The position numbers and the translations under genes were made by a program. Below the pieces are notes generated by a model, which did not search any database, was not told where the DNA came from, and saw nothing but the letters and a program-made list of their open reading frames with translations. This document shows positions 46,047 through 54,057 of a DNA stretch of 64,000 bases, one piece after another; the first letter of the stretch is position 1; each line of letters begins with the position of its first letter. This DNA comes from a virus (lineage: Duplodnaviria > Heunggongvirae > Uroviricota > Caudoviricetes): IMG/VR virus record IMGVR_UViG_3300035208_001992; one strand, 5' to 3'.

Positions 46047-47275
46047 TGGCAACACTTGATCGCTTCGGTGACACTATCAAACGGCGCGCAATGCAAGATC
46101 GCAAAACGCCTTACACATCTGTGATCCAAAGCGTTGATCCTGAAAACGAAACGCTCACAGTTGTTGACGCGTCACGCGCAGCAGACATTCGATACTCATT
46201 CGTGTCCGGAAACTCATGGAGTAGATCCATGCCGTCTTCTGGACTGCGCGTTTCCGTCGTGTATAGCGCGGAGAACAAGCGTCTTGAAGTCGTTGGTTAT
46301 CAGACTAACAAGTCTGCTGATCTCATCGCAGGCTACAAGTCGAAGAAGAATCTGTATCGTCCATTGCGAGAAGGAGAGCACGACGTTTCTTCGAGTGGAC
46401 GCACATCTAGTTTCTGGGGTAGTCAGCCAATCAAGACTGACCGCGCTGGACTGGTCAGCTCAAAGCATGATGGCTTGAAGCTCGAGTATGGAGTGAGAGC
46501 TCCAACAATGATCTGGCGCGGCGTTCGAAATCGTCCAGACGTGATCGGGCACGAGCTTCGAATTGGTGCAGTCAAGCGTCCACTCTCTGCAGCTAAAGAG
46601 GCGTATGCTCTCAAGATCGGTTCGCTGCCAGATCTTGACAGCTTCATCTACTCAACTGAGTACTTGCTAGCGCTCAATGACATGTCAACAGATGCGCCTT
46701 TGATCGACATACGATCTGGCGATGTCTTCGATGACGCGTTGGTTCCTGGCTATCCAATGTCAATGCCGTTGCTCGGCACTAACAACCTACCATTGCGTCA
46801 CCGCGCAAAGTACTTCGTCACGATCGAGCCTGGTTCTATTGCAGTACCAAAGCAAAGCACAGACTTCGAGATCGACACGCTTGGCAACGTCAATTTGACG
46901 CTGTCTAAGTTGTCAGTCATTGGTCTGGCTGTGAAGGTGCCTTTGGGCCGGATCTTAGTGAGCTGTGGACTTGACATGACGCTCGACGCAAAGCTCGGAC
47001 TTACGCTGAAGACTATGGGCAAGATGACGTTCGACGCACTTGCTGGTATGGACTTCACAACCAAGGGCGCAATGAGCTTTGACGCTGTTGCTGGCTACAA
47101 GGTCCACTCGACTGCGAACGTGTCGATCGAATCTGATCTCACATCAGAAATCAGCGGCAAAGTCGGTGCAAGTATCTATGGTGCAATGGGCAAGACAGGT
47201 AGACCAATCGCCAACCTGCCAAATGATCCTGTTACAGAGATTCCGCTGTTCATGGATGCAACGGTGACTAACTGA
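46043..47275 (+). CDS. Baseplate central spike-like protein (gp5/gpV-like)
   Basis: N-terminal OB-like region; C-terminal 8-residue periodic beta repeats (DMTLDAKL GLTLKTMG KMTFDALA GMDFTTKG). Confidence 0.65.
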   Translation: MMATLDRFGDTIKRRAMQDRKTPYTSVIQSVDPENETLTVVDASRAADIRYSFVSGNSWSRSMPSSGLRVSVVYSAENKRLEVVGYQTNKSADLIAGYKSKKNLYRPLREGEHDVSSSGRTSSFWGSQPIKTDRAGLVSSKHDGLKLEYGVRAPTMIWRGVRNRPDVIGHELRIGAVKRPLSAAKEAYALKIGSLPDLDSFIYSTEYLLALNDMSTDAPLIDIRSGDVFDDALVPGYPMSMPLLGTNNLPLRHRAKYFVTIEPGSIAVPKQSTDFEIDTLGNVNLTLSKLSVIGLAVKVPLGRILVSCGLDMTLDAKLGLTLKTMGKMTFDALAGMDFTTKGAMSFDAVAGYKVHSTANVSIESDLTSEISGKVGASIYGAMGKTGRPIANLPNDPVTEIPLFMDATVTN

Positions 47276-48102
47276 TGCCATTCGTTCTTTCGTCAATCGA
47301 ACAGATGTGTGACGCAAACATTCGATCTGCGTGGCCACCTACTTGGGATCGTTCTTCTAAGAATGGTTCTAAGATGATTGGAGCGTTTGCAAAAGCGTTC
47401 TGCCAGGCACTTTCGAAGTCAATCAAAGATGCCACGATAAACGGAGGTACAATATCTGGCGGTGGCTCGCCTCCAGGCGGTCCTGTTGCAGGTGCAGTCC
47501 TTACGATACCTCCTGGTGGGCTTGTTGCCACACCACCAAAGATTAAGCCGGTTTTTGACTGTCCTGATTTCTCATCGCCAGATTCAAACAACGTCGATCA
47601 ACATGGCTCTTACGCCGCTTGGTTACGAGCTGTTGTTGAGCACTTGGACGACAGCATAGCAACGCAATGGAACATCTGGATAAAGACATGGACGTTGCCA
47701 TCTGGCGTTGCGCTTGGCGGCGTGGCAGCTTGGATACCTCCGTCATCAGCAGCCCCTGGTCCATGGACAGGAGGCACGATCACGCCTTTCATCTTCATGG
47801 GCCAAGGATCTAACTCGTCACCGGCGCTTGATCAACTTGCTCTAGTAACGGTCAGGACAGGCAAGGCAAAAACTGCCTATGTTGTAAGCGGCAGTGAAGT
47901 AGTTGGGAATGTGTCAGTAGCTGATGGCAACTCCAAGCAACTCATTGAATCAGTGGCAACAGGTTTCTCGAAAACGCTTGAACAGTTCTTCGAGCAAGTT
48001 ATGATCAAAGACCCGACTGGTTCAAGTGCAACTGGCACAGCATTTCCACCTGCAGGTATCGTGACTGGATCAATCACTGGCCTCAAGTTCGACGTCACAT
48101 AA
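47275..48102 (+). CDS. Gly/Pro-rich putative virion (baseplate tip) protein
   Basis: Coupled to the spike gene; three G-x-A/S-x-PP-G-G-type repeats. Confidence 0.55.
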   Translation: MPFVLSSIEQMCDANIRSAWPPTWDRSSKNGSKMIGAFAKAFCQALSKSIKDATINGGTISGGGSPPGGPVAGAVLTIPPGGLVATPPKIKPVFDCPDFSSPDSNNVDQHGSYAAWLRAVVEHLDDSIATQWNIWIKTWTLPSGVALGGVAAWIPPSSAAPGPWTGGTITPFIFMGQGSNSSPALDQLALVTVRTGKAKTAYVVSGSEVVGNVSVADGNSKQLIESVATGFSKTLEQFFEQVMIKDPTGSSATGTAFPPAGIVTGSITGLKFDVT

Positions 48103-48113
48103 CCTTGTAAATA
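48101..48113 (+). promoter_or_regulatory. AASNTTGTAAATA motif
   Basis: AACCTTGTAAATA upstream of the SD-led thyX gene. Confidence 0.7.
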
Positions 48114-48138
48114 GATCTGGTCCACAAGGAGAACATCG

Positions 48139-49839
48139 ATGTCGGAACGTAACTACACAGATCTAGAAGTACAAGTTTTGAGCCGCTTCTTCACTGGCGT
48201 TGCAGAGCGCGCTAACGTGTATGCAGCGAAGCCAGCGCTGTCTTTGACAGTATGGACATTCCTTACCGGATCATATTCGAGATCTGGTCTCACGATGCGT
48301 GAGAAGTTCATTCTGACTCTGCAAGAGATCTACGAAACTGAATACGAAGCAACGCTAGAAGCGCTTGCAAGCGGCGCAGACAATGAACTCGACAAGATGA
48401 TCGAGCGCGCTGAACGCTTCTTGTCTGTTTGGGCTGTGCAATACGGCCACAATAGCTTGAAGGACTCATGCATCGATCGCTTCGCTGTTGAAGGCATCTC
48501 GATTCGCGCAACCAAGTTCATTGAGTGGGTTGCGCTTGGAGCTTATCAAGAGAAGAGCACGCGCTACGCCGACTTCTCGAATGTCAGCTTCGTTACGCAC
48601 TTCATGCCCGAATGCATTCGCGGCATTGCTGACGTTGCGTTCCAGAATTGCTTAGATGCTTACAAGAAAATCTTCGAAGCAGCGTTCAATCATTTCAACG
48701 CTGTGTTAGCAGACGAAGTGCCACATGCACAAGTTCGTGAACGTACGGCACGCGCCAAAGCATTCGACATTGCTCGTTACGTGTTACCAGTTACGACGCC
48801 AACGTCTATCGGCATCACGATTCCATCTCGTGCAAGTGAAGAGCTCATCCGTTGGCTCATCTGCTCGCCATACATCGAAGCAGTCGAAATCGGAGAGAAA
48901 CTGTACCGGTGCGGCATTGAAACCAACCAAAGTCTCATCAAGCACGTCGAATGGAACAGCGCAACAGCCGCCGATCATCCAGCGCTACTGCCAAACGCAG
49001 ACAGTTCTTTGCCTGGTGATCTCGTCGAGCTACGCGACAAACTTCTTTCAGCTGTGTACGGAACAGATCTAGTCAAAGGCAATTCAAAGCTGTTTGGCGA
49101 CAAGAACGCTGTGAGGCTTCACACTGCGCCTGCAACGTCGCCCAACCATCCGCGATATCTTTCGGCCGCGTCGCTTGCAAAGGAACGCTTGTCCTTGACG
49201 CAACCGCTCATGTCGATTGCTGAGACCTTGGTCGAATTCCCGTCAAGCATCGCAGCGATCTTCGACAAGCTGTTAGTCAAGCGTGGTCCGCATCAAGCTA
49301 TGCCGCATGCAATGGGCATCGGTGAACTTGTCTTCTCAGGCGTCATTGATTTTGGCGCATACCGCGACTTGCAACGTCATCGTCGCGGTGGCCAACTTCG
49401 CGTGTTCCCAACAGTTGCTTACGGTTACTCTACGCCTCAGTTCATCAAAGACAACGTTGAGCTTTGCGCACTGTACGACACAACAATCGAAAATCTGGTG
49501 AACTGCGGCGTAGCCTACAAGCGCATGTGCGACAATGGCTATGGCGTATATGACCCATCGATAGTCGAGTACATGACAGTGCTTGCGCACAACGTCGAGT
49601 TCACGTACACGTGCACTGTGGAGCAAGCTGTGTACATCGTTGAGCTACGCACGTCTCCTGCTGGACACATTTCATATCGGAAGTTTGCGCAGGCAATGGC
49701 AACATGCCTGTTCCATGAAATCCCAGAGCTCGTCAAGCACGTGAATGTCTGCTGGGACGGAGATAGTGACCGTCGCGCATCAGAGGAGAACACGCAGCGT
49801 AAGCTCGACAATCTTCAAAGTAAGGCTGGGACAGCATGA
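48139..49839 (+). CDS. thyX: FAD-dependent thymidylate synthase, tandem two-domain form
   Basis: QEKSTRY and FDIARYVLP in the N-terminal half, RDLQRHR and ELRT in the C-terminal half; 566 aa. Confidence 0.85.
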   Translation: MSERNYTDLEVQVLSRFFTGVAERANVYAAKPALSLTVWTFLTGSYSRSGLTMREKFILTLQEIYETEYEATLEALASGADNELDKMIERAERFLSVWAVQYGHNSLKDSCIDRFAVEGISIRATKFIEWVALGAYQEKSTRYADFSNVSFVTHFMPECIRGIADVAFQNCLDAYKKIFEAAFNHFNAVLADEVPHAQVRERTARAKAFDIARYVLPVTTPTSIGITIPSRASEELIRWLICSPYIEAVEIGEKLYRCGIETNQSLIKHVEWNSATAADHPALLPNADSSLPGDLVELRDKLLSAVYGTDLVKGNSKLFGDKNAVRLHTAPATSPNHPRYLSAASLAKERLSLTQPLMSIAETLVEFPSSIAAIFDKLLVKRGPHQAMPHAMGIGELVFSGVIDFGAYRDLQRHRRGGQLRVFPTVAYGYSTPQFIKDNVELCALYDTTIENLVNCGVAYKRMCDNGYGVYDPSIVEYMTVLAHNVEFTYTCTVEQAVYIVELRTSPAGHISYRKFAQAMATCLFHEIPELVKHVNVCWDGDSDRRASEENTQRKLDNLQSKAGTA

Positions 49840-50027
49840 CAGAACAAAGCGTCATTGAAAGTGCCAAGCAGGACATCAAAGCCAAGATCACAGCGTACAA
49901 GATCCTAGCAGATCCAGCGAATTCTGAATTGCAACGCATCGATCGTCGTAAGTTGATCGAGCAAGTGAATCAAGATTTGACTGGCTTACTTGGCATCTTG
50001 AATTCAGTCACTGGCGACGTCACTTGA
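49836..50027 (+). CDS. Hypothetical protein
   Basis: 63-aa coupled ORF. Confidence 0.55.
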   Translation: MTEQSVIESAKQDIKAKITAYKILADPANSELQRIDRRKLIEQVNQDLTGLLGILNSVTGDVT

Positions 50028-50326
50028 GTAGCGACCAAATCTTATTGATAGCAGCCATAGCTACTCCTGCAGCGTTCAAACGCAGCTTTATGTCAGCATG
50101 GTTCGTCAATACTTGGTTCAACAACTTGTTCAGCTGCGCTTTATGCTTGGGCTTTTGGACAGCGTCAACTGCACTGTTCATTAGCTTTGGCTTCTCATCG
50201 CAACTACTTTTGTCGATACCAAGCGCGGTCATTGCATACGTCATCGATCGTTCAATCAGCCTGTTAGAGGCAAAACAAGAAATTGCTCAAATTATGAGCA
50301 TTGACCTATTCAACAAGAAGGAATGA
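50024..50326 (+). CDS. Small membrane protein with a CxxCxxxW motif (DUF1360-like)
   Basis: LFSCALCLGFW; several hydrophobic segments; the TTG start overlaps the upstream stop. Confidence 0.55.
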   Translation: MSSDQILLIAAIATPAAFKRSFMSAWFVNTWFNNLFSCALCLGFWTASTALFISFGFSSQLLLSIPSAVIAYVIDRSISLLEAKQEIAQIMSIDLFNKKE

Positions 50327-50329
50327 ACA

Positions 50330-50929
50330 ATGCACGCAACAACTGCAGACGCCATGCACAACGCGGCAAAGCTGATCGTCGCGAAGCTGCACGCAGGCTT
50401 CCGCCGTGTTTGCTCGTGCAATGCGTTCAGTGATCTGCACGTCAACAGTATCGAAGCGTCGCACGACGTTTTGTACGTATCGGTATGCTCTCGAGACAAG
50501 ACTTGCGCAAGAGACATCAATCTGCGCTTCAACATCTGTGGCACAGCAAAGAACGCGTTTGTTGGCGCGGTCTTCATGCATGACAAAGCGATCGTGATCA
50601 ATAGAGCGTTGTACGTTAACTCAACGTCGCTTGAGTTCATTGCGATCGGCAGCATCATTGGTCAGCACGTGATGCGTGAGCATTGCTTCTACTACGCAAT
50701 ATCAAGGTTGCGCACGTTTAGTGATCCTGCAGGTGTGATTGATTCGAGTGTCTTGTCCAACACAGGCATCACGCTTGCATGGAATGGCAGCCGTGGAAGC
50801 GCAGTACTTTCAACTGACAGTCTATCAATAAAGACCGCGATTGGAATCACGCGTATTGAGATGTCTCGTGAGGCGTTGACTGCGCCTGTGCAAGACATCC
50901 GTCAGCAAATCCGCAACGCAATTCACTGA
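50330..50929 (+). CDS. Hypothetical protein
   Basis: AAGGA RBS; 199 aa. Confidence 0.65.
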   Translation: MHATTADAMHNAAKLIVAKLHAGFRRVCSCNAFSDLHVNSIEASHDVLYVSVCSRDKTCARDINLRFNICGTAKNAFVGAVFMHDKAIVINRALYVNSTSLEFIAIGSIIGQHVMREHCFYYAISRLRTFSDPAGVIDSSVLSNTGITLAWNGSRGSAVLSTDSLSIKTAIGITRIEMSREALTAPVQDIRQQIRNAIH

Positions 50930-50932
50930 TTC

Positions 50933-52636
50933 ATGTTTGCTGTATTTAGGCGCGTCATTGACTGGTTTGACTCCGAAACTCGCTTGAATGAGGCCGAATA
51001 CGTCCAAATCAGTCGTTGGGCTGCTTTTCCTGGATCGTTTGGTCACGCGCTGTTTTGGTGGTTGATTCCACAAATTTTCCAGTTAGTAGAACTGGGCTGG
51101 GCCAGGATGGTAAACATCTTGGCCTTTTTGTTTTTCCCGTTGCTCGCTAGGCCTATCGGTGGAACGCGTCCTGCACTATTCAGGTTTTTGTGGATCACAT
51201 TTTGTACTTGGCAACTATTTGTATTCCCATGGATCATGTACCGGCTGAATGACTACAACCAGTACTGGCTTGTGAGTCTCGTATTCTTCAGTCTCTTGTC
51301 AACAGTGATGCTTCGTTCATTCGACATACTGTTAGTGACAGGAGCTGGAGCAATCGCAATACTCGTCACTGCTAGCGACGCGTACCATGCAAGACTCGGA
51401 CTGGTGTTCTCATCAATCACGTCATTCGCGTCGTTCTTTGGCATGGCGTACATCAGATACATACAACAAAGGCTTGTCACTGCTCGCATGAACTTAGCAT
51501 CAGCATACAAACAGTTGCAACAGACGAACGCGCTCAAAGACGAATTCATGCTCAACGTAGCACATGAACTTCGCACGCCACTCGCTGTAATGTCAGCAAT
51601 CATCGATCAGCTTGAGATTGACAAGCAATCCAAGCGCTACAAGTTGTTGATCGCAACTATGAATCAATTTAGTCGCCAGACAGACGAGTTGCTAAACGCC
51701 AATTCTCATAAGCCTGTAGTGTTAGACAGCACACGAATTGATGCAGCCGACTTCGTAAAAGATATTCATGAGATGTTCAGCGTCTTAGCTGCAGCTGATG
51801 GCATCGAACTAAGATCAATTGTGAAAACAAAGATCGTGTTCACTGCTGATCAAGGACGTTTGACTACAGCAATCTCGAATTTAGTCAGCAACGCGATTAA
51901 GTTCACAAAGGTTGGTGGACGTGTAGCAATAGTGATGAATGCAGATTACTCAGGTCATGTTTACATCAAAGTGAAGGACAATGGCATTGGCATCCCACAT
52001 GACAAGATAAAGCACATCTTCGAGCGGTACTACCAGATTGAGAACGGGTTAGCACGATCAGGCTTTGGCATTGGGCTTACGCTTGTCAAAGACATAGTCG
52101 ACGCGCACAATGGCGTGATCAGCGTCACGTCTGCTGAAGACGACGGAACAACGTTCATCGTGAAGCTACCAGCAAATGCTGAGATCATCGGCTCGAAGCC
52201 ATCAATGTCGATGATATCGCATGCGCAGTCTGTGAAGATCAAGTCAAGACTTGGCGATACAACTGCACTAGTCGTCGAAGACAATGCTACGTTGCGCCAG
52301 TTCATAGTCGATGTACTGACAGATGCTGGACTCAACGCAATCGGGCATGAATCACCAGTTACTGCTCTTGCATTCATAAGTTCGTCACAGCCCAAGCTGT
52401 CGCTCGTCATTTCTGACGTCGGACTTCCAGGCATGGATGGCTACGCTTTTATCAAAGCACTCCGCAACATCAGCGGTTACGAATCTACGCCTGTCGTGCT
52501 AGCGAGTGGTTACTCACGGCACGCAGTGCTGAACAACGTCAAAGATCTCAACGCGTCAGCGCTAGAGAAGCCGTTCAACCGGTACCAACTTATCGAACAC
52601 ATCAATACAACCTGCAATCTACAAAAGAACACGTGA
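50933..52636 (+). CDS. Membrane-bound hybrid sensor histidine kinase with a receiver domain
   Basis: Multi-transmembrane N-terminus; H-box AHELRTPL, N-box NLVSNAIKFT, G1 DNGIGI, F-box IFERYY, G2 GFGIGL; receiver VVEDN, ISDVGLPGMDG, LEKPF. Confidence 0.93.
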   Translation: MFAVFRRVIDWFDSETRLNEAEYVQISRWAAFPGSFGHALFWWLIPQIFQLVELGWARMVNILAFLFFPLLARPIGGTRPALFRFLWITFCTWQLFVFPWIMYRLNDYNQYWLVSLVFFSLLSTVMLRSFDILLVTGAGAIAILVTASDAYHARLGLVFSSITSFASFFGMAYIRYIQQRLVTARMNLASAYKQLQQTNALKDEFMLNVAHELRTPLAVMSAIIDQLEIDKQSKRYKLLIATMNQFSRQTDELLNANSHKPVVLDSTRIDAADFVKDIHEMFSVLAAADGIELRSIVKTKIVFTADQGRLTTAISNLVSNAIKFTKVGGRVAIVMNADYSGHVYIKVKDNGIGIPHDKIKHIFERYYQIENGLARSGFGIGLTLVKDIVDAHNGVISVTSAEDDGTTFIVKLPANAEIIGSKPSMSMISHAQSVKIKSRLGDTTALVVEDNATLRQFIVDVLTDAGLNAIGHESPVTALAFISSSQPKLSLVISDVGLPGMDGYAFIKALRNISGYESTPVVLASGYSRHAVLNNVKDLNASALEKPFNRYQLIEHINTTCNLQKNT

Positions 52637-52667
52637 TTACTAACGTAATAGCAGGACGGAGCAGGCC

Positions 52668-53294
52668 ATGGGTAACGATGCAATGCAAGAAACAGAATCA
52701 ACAAAACGTTTTCCAGTTTCGTTGAGTGAGCTGTCAGAGCGATCAAACAATCTGGTGATGAAGCTGCGCATGGAGTGCAAGCAACCAGCTCTCGCAGATG
52801 ATCTGCGTGGTCTCTTTGACCAATATGCTTGGGTTGTTCGGCTACATCAACTTGCAGCGGAAGAGAGCGCTGATCGTCGCGAAGTTGCTGACTTGCAATT
52901 CGCTCACGAGACGCTCGCTGCGACATCACCTGACATGATGGACGTTGTCCACTTCGCAGCTGACGTCGAGAAGTTCAGTCCGCGTCTTGCAACCACTGCA
53001 CGACAGCTACTCACAATGCTCACATGCGGACAGGTTGACGAGAGCGCGTTCTACTTGGATCAACCTGAAGATACTCCAAATTCTGTCGACTACACAGCGT
53101 CTAAACCGATGCCAAATACATGGCGTAAGGTACAGCGCGATCATGAGATACTGTTAGCTCTAGTCCGTGGATATCGCTTCCTACTCGAAGCTGATGACCG
53201 CACGTTGCGACATCATCGCATGACGCGCTTGAAGCTGATTCGCAGCATTAGAGGTATTGAGGTACGCGCTGCAGCGAAGGGGACAGTTGTCTAA
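52668..53294 (+). CDS. Hypothetical protein
   Basis: 208-aa ORF with a GGAG RBS. Confidence 0.65.
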   Translation: MGNDAMQETESTKRFPVSLSELSERSNNLVMKLRMECKQPALADDLRGLFDQYAWVVRLHQLAAEESADRREVADLQFAHETLAATSPDMMDVVHFAADVEKFSPRLATTARQLLTMLTCGQVDESAFYLDQPEDTPNSVDYTASKPMPNTWRKVQRDHEILLALVRGYRFLLEADDRTLRHHRMTRLKLIRSIRGIEVRAAAKGTVV

Positions 53295-54056
53295 ATGTCA
53301 AGACCACCAATCATACGGTTGCCGGCAAAGGCTGAGTTCTATCGGACTCTTAGCATACTTTGGTTGCGCTATGAGCAAGGCTGCCACGTAATCACGTGCG
53401 AGCGCTCACCAGTGATCAAAGGAAGTCGGCCAGACGTACTTGGATTGAATCGATCGAACCAATTGATCGAAGTTGAGATCAAAGTCGATCTTCGTGACAT
53501 GCAACATGATGAACAGAAAGATCTACGCAAGAAGCTCATGACTGACGTTGGGCGTTCACGCCCGGCTACAGCTAACTACTTGTATTACTTCGTGCGTGAG
53601 GACATGGTTGCAGCAGCACTCTCTGATTTGCCAGAGCACTGCGGAGTTCTTTCGCCGCACCACGGCGTGAAGATGCAAGGGACTGGATTGCCAGTCGTTG
53701 CTGTTCATCGTAAGGCTGTCCAAATACATGATGTCAAACTTGATCAAACAGCCGTCAAGAAGATGGTTGCGCAGCAAGCAAGTACGCTCGCACGCTTCGC
53801 TGTCGAGATTGTCTATGGCAAGCTCATGAATGATCCATCGAGCAAAGAGGCAGTGAAGATTGGACTATCTGAATCTGTGCCGAGTCCAGGCGGAATCAGC
53901 CCGCCGGAGGCGATTTTTGATGAAGGCGACCGCACGGCTCGCAAGCTATCAGGATACGGGCTTGATCCACAATGGTCAAACCGAAAACAGCAGCCAACCG
54001 TCCAGCAACGATCAAGTGGACCACGCGTGGTCGCCGCAAAGATTGTAAATAGCTAA
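53295..54056 (+). CDS. MmcB-like PD-(D/E)XK nuclease
   Basis: RPDVLGL...IEVEIKVDLRDMQHD..K, NYLYYFV, LPEHCGVL. Confidence 0.7.
   Translation: MSRPPIIRLPAKAEFYRTLSILWLRYEQGCHVITCERSPVIKGSRPDVLGLNRSNQLIEVEIKVDLRDMQHDEQKDLRKKLMTDVGRSRPATANYLYYFVREDMVAAALSDLPEHCGVLSPHHGVKMQGTGLPVVAVHRKAVQIHDVKLDQTAVKKMVAQQASTLARFAVEIVYGKLMNDPSSKEAVKIGLSESVPSPGGISPPEAIFDEGDRTARKLSGYGLDPQWSNRKQQPTVQQRSSGPRVVAAKIVNS
54039..54051 (+). promoter_or_regulatory. AASNTTGTAAATA motif, leaderless spacing
   Basis: AAGATTGTAAATA-N6-ATG of polA; lies inside the end of the upstream gene; no Shine-Dalgarno sequence. Confidence 0.75.
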
Positions 54057-54057
54057 C

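Noticed and set aside
50020-50244. 74-aa - strand ORF in the rightward arm
   Set aside because: Antisense to the coupled CxxC membrane-protein gene; no RBS.
51068-51081. CCACAAATTTTCCA, similar to the 20-nt leader motif
   Set aside because: Inside the kinase coding sequence (IPQIFQ), one base shorter and lacking the flanks; probably chance.
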